Part shown: positions 17,378 to 26,362 of the stretch, one piece after another
Position numbering within the stretch: the first letter of the stretch is position 1
Layout: each line of letters starts with the position of its first letter
DNA from: an uncultured Clostridia bacterium
Lineage (GTDB): Bacteria > Bacillota > Clostridia > Christensenellales > UBA3700
Reading direction: 5' to 3'
Assembly: GCA_947646415.1 (NCBI GenBank)
Contig: CANSGN010000004.1
Coordinates: 3,743 to 67,742 of the forward strand
Length of the DNA: 64,000 nt
Translations under genes and position numbers: made by a program
Notes under the pieces: model-generated
The model's input: the letters and a program-made list of their open reading frames with translations, nothing else
The model's database searches: none
Told to the model about the DNA's origin: nothing

Positions 17378-17599
17378 ATGAATAATTGTAATTGTAGCGG
17401 ATTATTACCTTTAATTTTTGGATATATTACAGGCAGCAACTCTCAAAACGGCTGTGGCTGTAATTGCGGTTGCAACTGCGACCAAAACATTATGCCAATC
17501 AATAACAATAACGGTTTTGGCAATAATTGTTGGCTGATATTATTGTTGATTTTAGTTTGCGGTTGCTCTAACAACAATGGTTGTAATTGCAACAACTAA
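17378..17599 (+). CDS. 73-aa Cys/Asn/Gly-rich small protein with CxC repeats and two hydrophobic segments
   Basis: Start chosen at ATG 17378, 5 nt after GGAGG. Sequence MNNCNCSGLLPLIFGYITGSNSQNGCGCNCGCNCDQNIMPINNNNGFGNNCWLILLLILVCGCSNNNGCNCNN (12 Cys). Followed by a terminator. Divergent from the ArsR gene. Confidence 0.55.
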   Translation: MNNCNCSGLLPLIFGYITGSNSQNGCGCNCGCNCDQNIMPINNNNGFGNNCWLILLLILVCGCSNNNGCNCNN

Positions 17600-17626
17600 T
17601 CATACTTAAAAGTGTTTTCAAACAAA

Positions 17627-17659
17627 ATAATCCTTAGACAAAATCTAAGGATTATTTTT
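17627..17659 (+). terminator. Intrinsic terminator after the Cys-rich ORF
   Basis: Stem ATAATCCTTAG / CTAAGGATTAT followed by TTTTT. Confidence 0.6.
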
Positions 17660-17755
17660 GTTATATTACAATTTAATATCGATTTTTGATGTATTTTAAT
17701 GAGTTATTAATTAAAAAGTTAAACTTTAAACAACTAAATTCAAACTACAATAAAA

Positions 17756-19159
17756 TCACATCATATATTTTTTCAATTTTTTGATACCTGCTCTTAACTC
17801 TTTAGCTTTATCTTCATAGCCGGGTCTGCCAAGCAAAGCGTAAGTCGCATTTTTACCTTCCTCAACACCCGGTTGATTGAATGGGTCAATGTTCAACATA
17901 AAGCCGCAGTAAGCAGTCTTTAGTTCAAAGAACATCATTAATTGTCCCAAAGTGTACTCGTTAACTGTTGGCAAGTAAATTGTGTGGTTTAATTTGCCTG
18001 CTTTTGTAACAGCGTATTCAGTTGCTTTTCTTTCTGCAGTGATAAGCTCGTTCATAGTGTGACCGCAAAGGAAATTAACATTAGGGAAATCTTCGCAACC
18101 GTTAGGGATAACAACCTTTTTACGATATTTATCTACAGCGATAAATGTAATAACCTTATCAAAAGGTCCTTCTGTGTATAATTGAATTTGGCTGTGTTGG
18201 TCAGTTACGCCAAGTGCTTTAACAGGTGTTTGACCGATATTGCAAGGAGTTCCGTCCATTAATTTGTTTTTACCAAGGCTCTCACCCCAAAGTTGGCAAT
18301 ACCAATCTGCAATAAATTTCAAGCTGTCTGCATAAGGCAACATAACAGAAATATTGTGACCTTTATTGATTGCGATAAATTGAAGTGTTGCTGCTGTCAA
18401 AGCCATATTATCAGCTTTTTCGCCGTTTACACAGCTATCGTACATAAATTTTGCACCCTCAAGCATTTTCTTAATATCAATACCAAGCACTGCTGCAGGA
18501 AGCAAACCTACAGGACAAAGCTCACTGAATCTGCCGCCTACACCGTCAGGGATATAAAAAGTTTTGTAGCCCTCTGCTTTTGCAATTTTAATCAAGTTAC
18601 CGCTATTTGCAGAAGTTGTTGTGATGATATGCTCTTTAGGGTTCAAACCTGCTTTTTCCAAAGCGTCTTTGATTACCAAATATTGAGTCATAGTCTCACT
18701 TGTAGAGCCGCTTTTTGTAATAACGTTAAAGCAGCTATCTTTAAGCTTGATAGTATTTAGCAATGCAACCATTCTTTCAGGGTCAACATTATCCTCTACA
18801 TAAAATTTAGGTGCATTTTTTCTGCGACCTTGGTTAACTTCGTTGTGATGCAAATGGCAAAGAGCTTGGAAAGCCGAAATAGGACCTAAAGCAGAGCCAC
18901 CGATACCCAAAACTACAAAGTTTTTAAACTTGCTGCGAACTTCTTCCGCTGTTTTGATAATATCCTCAACCACAGCATCTTGCTCGTCATGCAACTTTGT
19001 CCAGCCCATAAAACCTGTGCCTTTCTTTTCATTGAAGTAATCTACAGCAAAGTCAACTCTGTCAGCTACTGCGTCAAAATCAGCCGAAGTAAAACCTTTA
19101 CTACCGATTACATCCGCCATCATATTATTGTAATCCAATCTAATTTTATTTTTATCCAT
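17756..19159 (-). CDS. pgi: Glucose-6-phosphate isomerase
   Basis: Bacterial PGI of about 467 aa. Start moved to ATG 19159 (MDKNKIRLDY), 5 nt after GGAGG; the track ORF begins at an upstream TTG. Confidence 0.9.
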   Translation of the reverse strand: MDKNKIRLDYNNMMADVIGSKGFTSADFDAVADRVDFAVDYFNEKKGTGFMGWTKLHDEQDAVVEDIIKTAEEVRSKFKNFVVLGIGGSALGPISAFQALCHLHHNEVNQGRRKNAPKFYVEDNVDPERMVALLNTIKLKDSCFNVITKSGSTSETMTQYLVIKDALEKAGLNPKEHIITTTSANSGNLIKIAKAEGYKTFYIPDGVGGRFSELCPVGLLPAAVLGIDIKKMLEGAKFMYDSCVNGEKADNMALTAATLQFIAINKGHNISVMLPYADSLKFIADWYCQLWGESLGKNKLMDGTPCNIGQTPVKALGVTDQHSQIQLYTEGPFDKVITFIAVDKYRKKVVIPNGCEDFPNVNFLCGHTMNELITAERKATEYAVTKAGKLNHTIYLPTVNEYTLGQLMMFFELKTAYCGFMLNIDPFNQPGVEEGKNATYALLGRPGYEDKAKELRAGIKKLKKYMM

Positions 19160-19217
19160 ATATTCCTCCAATGGTTAAAATTTTAATATATATTTTTTTA
19201 ATATAATAGTTAAATTA

Positions 19218-20003
19218 TCATGCTTTTTGGTAACAATCTAGCAAATAGTCGTAAGATGCTTTTAATTCGTCAAGGTCTTTGTATCCTTGCGGATAAACTT
19301 CCATCAAACAAGCACCGTCAAAGCCTAGTTCATTTAATCTTTTAAATAATTCCACAAAATCAAACTCGCCTTTTCCCGGGATAAATAATTTTTTATTAGC
19401 ATCATAATCGCACAAATGAACGGTAGTCAAATCGCTACCTATAACATTTAAAAATTGCCTATAATCGCCGCCTGCTTGCATAATTTGCTTAATATCAAGC
19501 GTTGCTTTAAGATTAGGACATTGTTTTTTTAAATTTACAAAATACTCCGGCTCACTAAAATATGTCCAATGCACAGTCTCGTAACTAAAGCAAATACCAT
19601 AGTTTTGTGCGGTTTCCATTAAATTATTAACAATTCCACCAAGTCTTTGATAGTCAAAATTATAATTAACCTTTTTAAGTCTTGTCGCACCATGAAAAGT
19701 GTAATATTTAGCCCCAAGCCTTTGTCCAAGTGCCAAAACTTTATTAAAAATAGTCATGGAATCTTGTTGCGCACGCGGGTTTAAACTGAACAATTCCGGC
19801 TCAAATTGGTTTGTCAAGGTATGAACTGAGTGCACATCAACACTTTTATTTTGTACGATTTTATCGGCAATTTTGCCCTCATACTCACTAAAGCTAGATA
19901 AAAACACCTCACAAACAGGTGCTTTAAAATCTTTTAAATAGGCAAAACAGTCCTCAGTATTGACATTTGTAAAAAATGACGCTGTAGATATTCCGATTTT
20001 CAT
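19218..20003 (-). CDS. Sugar phosphate isomerase/epimerase (xylose-isomerase-like TIM barrel)
   Basis: 261 aa. Profile of the AP-endonuclease-2/xylose-isomerase-like TIM-barrel family. Substrate unknown. Confidence 0.7.
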   Translation of the reverse strand: MKIGISTASFFTNVNTEDCFAYLKDFKAPVCEVFLSSFSEYEGKIADKIVQNKSVDVHSVHTLTNQFEPELFSLNPRAQQDSMTIFNKVLALGQRLGAKYYTFHGATRLKKVNYNFDYQRLGGIVNNLMETAQNYGICFSYETVHWTYFSEPEYFVNLKKQCPNLKATLDIKQIMQAGGDYRQFLNVIGSDLTTVHLCDYDANKKLFIPGKGEFDFVELFKRLNELGFDGACLMEVYPQGYKDLDELKASYDYLLDCYQKA

Positions 20004-20065
20004 AAAACCTCCGACAAACTGCCCGAATAGCTTTGCAAATTAACAAAAATAAGTTTTTTATAACC

Positions 20066-20638
20066 TTATTTTAATTTGATATACACGCTACCAAGTACTT
20101 TGCTATCAATAGCCTCAATCAAATCGATACATTTGTTTGCAGCAAAATAACTTGAGAAAAATTTTGTAATAAGCAAATAAAAATCTGTGTTTTTAGGTAC
20201 TGCAAGATAGTTAGACTCATATTTAGGAGATGGCACGCACAAAATCACAAAATCATACTCGGAATATTTGTTTTTAAAATCTTCCAAAGACAAATTTTGC
20301 GTAAAGTCAGTAGATTGCGGTAGCAATACGTCAATATCTCCATAATTTACTACCCTGTCATCATTGCTTTGACTTTCTAATAAATCGTTAAAAGCGATAT
20401 TTTGAGTATCCATATTGATAACTAAAACATTGTTGCCGTGTTTTTTCAAATTAAAACCCACATTTAAGCATACAATCGCAGTTATATCTGATGTTTTGAT
20501 ATCACAAGTTACCGCAATTACATTTGTTCCTTTATCTTTCCTGTTCAAAAGTTGCATCGCAAAATTTTCATAGTTGGAAGAATTTACAATATTTTCGGCA
20601 CTTAGTAAGCTTTTGTTTATACCATTTTGCTTAAACAT
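20066..20638 (-). CDS. BY-kinase/CpsD-like P-loop protein with degenerate Walker motifs (probable pseudokinase)
   Basis: 190 aa, collinear with CpsD/PtkA-type proteins (NVIAVTCDIKTSDITAIVCLNVGFNLKKHGNNVLVINMDTQN; YDFVILCVPSP). GxxGxGKS/T, the DxD motif and a C-terminal Tyr cluster are absent. ATG is 1 nt after the upstream stop, with AGGAGG. Confidence 0.5.
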   Translation of the reverse strand: MFKQNGINKSLLSAENIVNSSNYENFAMQLLNRKDKGTNVIAVTCDIKTSDITAIVCLNVGFNLKKHGNNVLVINMDTQNIAFNDLLESQSNDDRVVNYGDIDVLLPQSTDFTQNLSLEDFKNKYSEYDFVILCVPSPKYESNYLAVPKNTDFYLLITKFFSSYFAANKCIDLIEAIDSKVLGSVYIKLK

Positions 20639-20639
20639 A

Positions 20640-21443
20640 TTACATTTCCTCCTTTTTTTTACGATTTTTCAAATATGGCATTTCTATTTCCGAAATGATA
20701 TCTACTTTAACCAAAGTTCTTGCTTGTTGCTTGCTTGAAATAAATCCTATAGCAAAATCGATAATTAAAACATAAATAAAGTAAATAGCAAAACTAATAA
20801 TGGTAATTTTTAAAAAGTTTATCGAACTGTTTGTATTTATTTTGCTACTGCTTGTAAGTGAGGTAGGCAAACTTGCATCACTGTCGATATGAAAGCTCAA
20901 TTTTACGCCGTCTTTATCAATGCTACCGCTCAAAATATTATCGGTATCGTTATCCAAAGTATCGTAAACGGTTTTTATGATTACCCTGTTGACTGCTTGA
21001 GCAACCGCTGCAGTCTTGTTTGAATAACTGATAGTAAATATCGTAGTTTTTTCCTTTATTTCTATTAAAAGATTTGACTTTATGTCTCCTTTTGTCAAAG
21101 CTTTAATTTCGTTTTTATTTTCTTCGGTCAAATTTAATTCCGCCAAAATATTAAGAACTTCCATTTCCGATTTTAATTGAGTTTCGATTTTACCTATAAA
21201 TTCGTTACTCTTTGAACGCTCAACAACATTATTCATATAAGTATCCAAATTGTCATTACTATTAATCGAATTAGATGAAACAGCCAATTCGCCCACACTT
21301 ATATAACTGCCTTTATCAATTAAAGTAGGTCTGTTGTTTATCAAATTTATCAAAAAGCTAACACTGAATACCAGCGCAAACATTATAACAAACACATATA
21401 ATTTCATTAAAAAACTTTTTATAATGTTAGAAAGACTGCACAT
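20640..21443 (-). CDS. Wzz/CpsC-like polysaccharide co-polymerase-type membrane protein
   Basis: 267 aa. N- and C-terminal TM helices flank a ~180-aa extracytoplasmic region, and the basic tail precedes the kinase-like gene, as in CpsC/TkmA modulators. Confidence 0.5.
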   Translation of the reverse strand: MCSLSNIIKSFLMKLYVFVIMFALVFSVSFLINLINNRPTLIDKGSYISVGELAVSSNSINSNDNLDTYMNNVVERSKSNEFIGKIETQLKSEMEVLNILAELNLTEENKNEIKALTKGDIKSNLLIEIKEKTTIFTISYSNKTAAVAQAVNRVIIKTVYDTLDNDTDNILSGSIDKDGVKLSFHIDSDASLPTSLTSSSKINTNSSINFLKITIISFAIYFIYVLIIDFAIGFISSKQQARTLVKVDIISEIEMPYLKNRKKKEEM

Positions 21444-21706
21444 ATTTCTCCTTTCACATCATTAATTTTCAGTCAAACTAAAACAATGATTAATCAAGAT
21501 TATGTATCAATTATAATATATATTTATAATAAAATCAAGTTATTTGAAAAAAAATTATGAAAAATAAAAAAACAGCATCTCAAATTTTCGTCAAAAAACG
21601 GCTTTAACAAAAGTATGAACTAAATTAATGTGGCAATACTTAAACTGAATATCAGTAGAAAAAAAATAGCCATATACATATCATATAATGGTGGCAAAGG
21701 AGTAAT

Positions 21707-22054
21707 ATGATAAAAAGAGGAGAAATATATTACGCAGACTTAAGCCCTGTGGTAGGAAGTGAACAAGGAGGAGTACGTCCTATACTTATTGTACAAAATG
21801 ACATCGGCAATAAATACAGCCCTACCGTTATAGTCGCCGCAATCACAAGTCAAATAAATAAAGCAAAGCTACCAACCCACATAGAGCTAAAAAGCGGAGA
21901 TTTCGGGTTGCAAAAAGACTCGGTAATTCTGCTTGAACAGCTAAGAACATTGGATAAAAAACGACTAAAGGAAAAGGTAGGCGAAATTGAAGATTTAAGT
22001 GTGATAAAAAAGGTCAACGATGCATTGCTGGTAAGCTTAGGATTCTTTGAATAA
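21707..22054 (+). CDS. mazF: MazF/EndoA (PemK-family) mRNA interferase toxin
   Basis: 115 aa, closely matching my memory of Bacillus EndoA ([49 protein letters not shown]). RBS AAGGAG. Confidence 0.9.
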   Translation: MIKRGEIYYADLSPVVGSEQGGVRPILIVQNDIGNKYSPTVIVAAITSQINKAKLPTHIELKSGDFGLQKDSVILLEQLRTLDKKRLKEKVGEIEDLSVIKKVNDALLVSLGFFE

Positions 22055-22055
22055 C

Positions 22056-22094
22056 AAATAGGTTTTGACAAAAAAATCTTGTCAAAACCTATTT
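22056..22094. terminator. 15-bp perfect hairpin after mazF (no clear U-tract)
   Basis: AAATAGGTTTTGACA / TGTCAAAACCTATTT with a 9-nt loop. Confidence 0.45.
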
Positions 22095-22226
22095 AAAATT
22101 AGCATATTTCAATATGATGCGACTTTACATAAAATTTAGATTTTTAATCATTTTATTATAAAATCGCGCTTATTTTATAATTATTTTATGATTTTTGTTA
22201 TAAATTAGCAGTATTTTTATAATTAT

Positions 22227-23693
22227 TCATAATTCTTTATTTAAAATTTTACTCAAAGTGCAACCTACAGTTAAAGCACAATCCATAGGCAACATGGAGC
22301 ATTTGGAAGATGTATTTTTAACACTATCCGCAGTTTTTCCTGCAATATAAGCTGCCAATACCGCACTTTTTAAAGGGGTAAATTTTTGTGCCAAAAGCCC
22401 CGCAATTATACCCGATAAAACATCCCCCGAGCCACCTTTTGCCATGCCGCTATTTCCTGCAATATTAAGGTAAGTTTCCTCCCCATCAGTAATTACGGAA
22501 GTAGCACCTTTGAGCAACAAAATAACTTGATATTTTTTTGCAAACTCCTCTGCTAGCTGTATAGGATTTTGCAAAATATCGGACACAGAATGTTTTGTAA
22601 GTCTGCTAAACTCCATTACATGAGGTGTCAAAACACACCCTTTATATTTGTCAATTTTAGCCATATCCTGAGATAACATATTCAATCCGTCCGCATCCAA
22701 AACTTTAACGCAAGGATAATCAGTTACATTGTCAAATAATTTTTTATTTTTTCCGATGCCCATTCCAAATGCAATACTATCAAGATTATGCTTTAACAAA
22801 TCACTATGACTAAACACGCAGGCGTGTGTTACTCTGCCCCACATAGCAGGCAACATTTTATCAGGAACAAACAAATAACTGTATCCACTACCTACACGCA
22901 TTGCACACTCGCCCATAGTACTTGCAAGTGCTGCAACCGCAAGCAGACCGGCTCCAACAAAATTTTCGGAACAAGCGACTATACCGCACCTGCCAAAATT
23001 CCCTTTATGGCTATTGTTCAATTTTTCAGGAAAAGAACTTCTGACAAAATCATTGTCGCAAATATAAAATTTCTTTCCAACAACAGTTATTCCAATGTCA
23101 CAAACAATAATTTTTCCCGTATAATCTTTGCCATCGCCTAAAAAATGTCCTGTTTTATAACTTTGTATAGCTATAGTTTTATCCGCTTTCACTGCAATAG
23201 GCGATTTTTTACCATTATCGCTGTTTAATCCGCTTGGTATATCGCAACTTATAATATATTTACCTTTATTTATAAGTTTAATGTATTGAATATATTCTTC
23301 CGACAATTCGCCTGTTATACCAATCCCCAAAAGACAATCAACAACCAAGTCAAATTTATCAACTTCTTGCATTTCAAAAATAGAATAATACGACTTACTA
23401 TATTTTTTGATGAGAATATCAAAATAATATTTACTGCTTTCCGTTTTAGGCTCTTTACCATAGATAGTTACATTTTTTCCGCTATCTAATAACTTTAAAC
23501 TTAAACTATATCCGTCCCCTCCGTTATTTCCGCTACCACAAACAACGGCAATATTTTGATAATCGTCCTTTACTATCTCATTAAAAATGGCGTGAGACGC
23601 CCTATCCATAAGAGTAATTGCGCTCACACCATTGTTTTTTATTGTATTTTCATCTGAAAGTTTCATACTTTCACTACTAATAGCATAATCCAT
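22227..23693 (-). CDS. nnr: Bifunctional NAD(P)H-hydrate repair enzyme Nnr (epimerase/dehydratase)
   Basis: 488 aa. YjeF_N motif GSGNNGGDGY, plus a C-terminal carbohydrate-kinase domain with GGSGDVLSG. Confidence 0.85.
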   Translation of the reverse strand: MDYAISSESMKLSDENTIKNNGVSAITLMDRASHAIFNEIVKDDYQNIAVVCGSGNNGGDGYSLSLKLLDSGKNVTIYGKEPKTESSKYYFDILIKKYSKSYYSIFEMQEVDKFDLVVDCLLGIGITGELSEEYIQYIKLINKGKYIISCDIPSGLNSDNGKKSPIAVKADKTIAIQSYKTGHFLGDGKDYTGKIIVCDIGITVVGKKFYICDNDFVRSSFPEKLNNSHKGNFGRCGIVACSENFVGAGLLAVAALASTMGECAMRVGSGYSYLFVPDKMLPAMWGRVTHACVFSHSDLLKHNLDSIAFGMGIGKNKKLFDNVTDYPCVKVLDADGLNMLSQDMAKIDKYKGCVLTPHVMEFSRLTKHSVSDILQNPIQLAEEFAKKYQVILLLKGATSVITDGEETYLNIAGNSGMAKGGSGDVLSGIIAGLLAQKFTPLKSAVLAAYIAGKTADSVKNTSSKCSMLPMDCALTVGCTLSKILNKEL

Positions 23694-23712
23694 ATATTTA
23701 CCGTTCGTTTAA

Positions 23713-24603
23713 TTATTTACCAAAAGCATTTAGCACCGCTCTTGCCATTAAAGTAGGTGCATAGCAAGAGATTTTCATAAAATCCCCCTCAACTTCGCCA
23801 CTTGCCAAAGCGAAAATTGCATCTCCATCCACCATAGTATGTGACGGTTTTATTGTCATTGCATATCCGTCATGTGCAATATCAGCAAGCTTATTTGCCT
23901 CGCTTTTTGTAAGTTTTGCATTTGTCAAAATACAGCCGATTGTAGTATTTTGTCCTAAAGATTGCAACATTTTTCTATCATAATTTAACAAATCGATAAT
24001 ATCAATGCTTTTTCCGCCTACAATAGCACCGCTCACTTTTTGACCGTTACGGAAGTCATAAATATCCCCAAAAGCGTTTACGGCAACTATTGCACACATT
24101 TCAACCCCGTCATCAAAGGCAAAAGTAGCAACACCAAGTCCGCCTTTGGATGCAGACATTACACCAAGTACTTTACCCACAGTAGCACCGCAACCTGCAC
24201 CTACGTTACCGCTCTCAAAATTGCCGGGCTTTGCATTTTCACAAGCCTTATAGCCAAGCTCTTTATCGGGAAAGCCTGCATTTTTATATTCCAAATCGTA
24301 AAGACATGCACCGCAAACAATAGGCACAGGCATTACGGATGTTTGATATCCTATACCTTTTTCCGCAAGATATTGAACAATTCCGCTTGCACTATCCAAG
24401 CCGAAAGCACTGCCACCGCTCAAAAAAACCGCATTGACTTTTTCTACAGCATTTTCCGACTTTAACAAATCTGTTTCGCGGGTTGCAGGACTGCTGCCAC
24501 GCACACTGACACCGCCTGTCGCTCCTTGTTCCGCCAAAATCACGGTAACACCTGTAGATTTTGTTTTGCTTTCAACATTACCTATCTTAAAAAAATCAAG
24601 CAT
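23713..24603 (-). CDS. Peptidase S58 (DmpA/P1 aminopeptidase) family protein
   Basis: 296 aa. N-terminal GVTVILAEQGATGGVSVRGSSPATRETDLL is typical of the DmpA-like Ntn hydrolase family. Confidence 0.75.
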   Translation of the reverse strand: MLDFFKIGNVESKTKSTGVTVILAEQGATGGVSVRGSSPATRETDLLKSENAVEKVNAVFLSGGSAFGLDSASGIVQYLAEKGIGYQTSVMPVPIVCGACLYDLEYKNAGFPDKELGYKACENAKPGNFESGNVGAGCGATVGKVLGVMSASKGGLGVATFAFDDGVEMCAIVAVNAFGDIYDFRNGQKVSGAIVGGKSIDIIDLLNYDRKMLQSLGQNTTIGCILTNAKLTKSEANKLADIAHDGYAMTIKPSHTMVDGDAIFALASGEVEGDFMKISCYAPTLMARAVLNAFGK

Positions 24604-24604
24604 T

Positions 24605-25549
24605 TTACACCTCTATATCTCCCAATATAATTTTTTCTACGATACCGTTATTTTCAAGTAACAAGTACCCCTCTTCGCTAAGCCCGACGCCAAATCCGCT
24701 TTTTTTGCTGTCTCCAACATTTACAACCACATTATGATTAATACTTATAGACAAGTCGGTATATTCCTTGATAAACGGCTCAAACCCTTTTTCCTGATAT
24801 AAATCAAGCATTTGATATAGCAGCTCAATAATCTCGCAAATCAACTGTTCCCTTGGCACTATTTCAAGGTTTTCCATTTTTAACGTAGTTACTTTTGGCT
24901 GTAATTCTTTTGGAATTTCATTGGCAATATTAACGCCAATACCCAAAAATATAGCTTCAGTCATATTCTCGGTTACAACAGATTCCAAAAGTATACCGCA
25001 TATTTTCTTGCCGTTTACAAAAACATCGTTAGGCCATTTTATAGTTACATTTTCGGTATATTTTTTAAGCACTCTTGCAACCGCAAGTCCCGTAAGCAAC
25101 ACCAATTTTAACGAGTCGGATACCAATAACTTTTTAGGTTTATAGCAAAGCGTCATATAAACACCACCATAGCCGGATACAAAAACCCTGTCAAGCCTGC
25201 CACGACCGTTTATCTGCCTTGGTGCAACATACAAAAAATCTTTGTTGACTTCGGGATACAATTTTTTGACTTCGGTATTAGTGCTTTCAACTTCGTTAAT
25301 AAATACAGGGATATCTATACCTCTATAAAGTAACTTTTTGCTCAAAGTCTGCACCGTCAAACTATTGCTGTCTTTATATTTATAACCTTTTCTGCCAATT
25401 TCAATATCTATACCACTTGCAATTAATTTTTTTATATGCTTATTTACGGCAATTCTACTTATACCAAGTTTTTCGCCTATGTATTCGCCACTCAAATACT
25501 CTTTTGAATCTACAAGTAGCCCTAATATTTTATCAATCGTCTTTTCCAA
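24605..25549 (-). CDS. birA: Bifunctional biotin--[acetyl-CoA-carboxylase] ligase / biotin operon repressor
   Basis: 314 aa. N-terminal HTH (YLSGEYIGEKLGISRIAVNKHIKKL) and ligase motif INGRGRLDRVF. TTG start. Confidence 0.85.
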   Translation of the reverse strand: MEKTIDKILGLLVDSKEYLSGEYIGEKLGISRIAVNKHIKKLIASGIDIEIGRKGYKYKDSNSLTVQTLSKKLLYRGIDIPVFINEVESTNTEVKKLYPEVNKDFLYVAPRQINGRGRLDRVFVSGYGGVYMTLCYKPKKLLVSDSLKLVLLTGLAVARVLKKYTENVTIKWPNDVFVNGKKICGILLESVVTENMTEAIFLGIGVNIANEIPKELQPKVTTLKMENLEIVPREQLICEIIELLYQMLDLYQEKGFEPFIKEYTDLSISINHNVVVNVGDSKKSGFGVGLSEEGYLLLENNGIVEKIILGDIEV

Positions 25550-26147
25550 ATTTCAATACCTCTCTGCATCTATTTATCAAATCATAATCAAAACCACGAT
25601 ATGCCATAAATCTATAAAATTTTTGACTGTCTTGCATTGTCGCGAGCTCATGCGAACGATACCACTTTTCCGCTACCGTCAGTGCCGTCTCAAACATATC
25701 ATCCCTGTCTAAAGTTTCCAAAACTTCGTCAATAATATCGCTGCCCACACCTTTTTTCAACAGTTCGGACTTTAACCTGCGTTTACCAAGTTTTTTGCTT
25801 TTACTTGCAACCAAATTTTCCGCAAAAGCATAATCGTCCAAGTATTTCAAATCTAAAAGTTTAGCTGCTACATTTTCCACAACCGATTTATTGTATTCCT
25901 TTTCGTAAAGCTTTTGTTTAAGTTTTTTTGCAGTTACCGAATACCTAGACAAATACTTAACAGCATAATCAAAAGCATTTTTTTCATCAGCTTTTTGCTT
26001 AACATTTACCAATAGACTGTCATCAACTTCGCTGCCTTTACTTAGCCTAAAATCAAATGCAATCAAATAAGGTACTTCGTCCCAAAATCCCCCATCCACC
26101 GATATACTAACATTTTGTCCTACGACTTTAAACTCTGTAATCAACAT
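25533..26147 (-). CDS. recX: Recombination regulator RecX
   Basis: 204 aa with the repeated three-helix RecX pattern (AFDYAVKYLSRYSVTAKKLKQKL...). Confidence 0.75.
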   Translation of the reverse strand: MLITEFKVVGQNVSISVDGGFWDEVPYLIAFDFRLSKGSEVDDSLLVNVKQKADEKNAFDYAVKYLSRYSVTAKKLKQKLYEKEYNKSVVENVAAKLLDLKYLDDYAFAENLVASKSKKLGKRRLKSELLKKGVGSDIIDEVLETLDRDDMFETALTVAEKWYRSHELATMQDSQKFYRFMAYRGFDYDLINRCREVLKFGKDD

Positions 26148-26362
26148 ATAATGCCTATTGTCAAATAATTTCTTATATCATTTTAGCACACATTTTACAA
26201 AAAATCAAGATTAAAACAAAATGCTTGCCTATAAATTAAAAAATATAGACAATCAAAATGACCGCCTATATTAAAGTATTTTATATTTTAATTGTTAGGT
26301 ATTTTTAAATAATTATTGTGTTTCAAAAAATTTAATCAAAAGTATTCAAAATAAAACTGAAA

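Noticed and set aside
17378-17599. Cys-rich 73-aa ORF as a RiPP (sactipeptide/ranthipeptide/SCIFF-like) precursor
   Set aside because: No radical-SAM maturase, protease or transporter is adjacent. Two hydrophobic segments and the ArsR pairing fit a small membrane or metal-binding protein better.
21630-21710. 27-codon GTG ORF ending in ATGA overlap with mazF, considered as a mini-antitoxin
   Set aside because: It has no RBS, a non-ATG start, is far shorter than known MazE proteins and has no RHH or AbrB-like features. It is kept only as something to test, not annotated.
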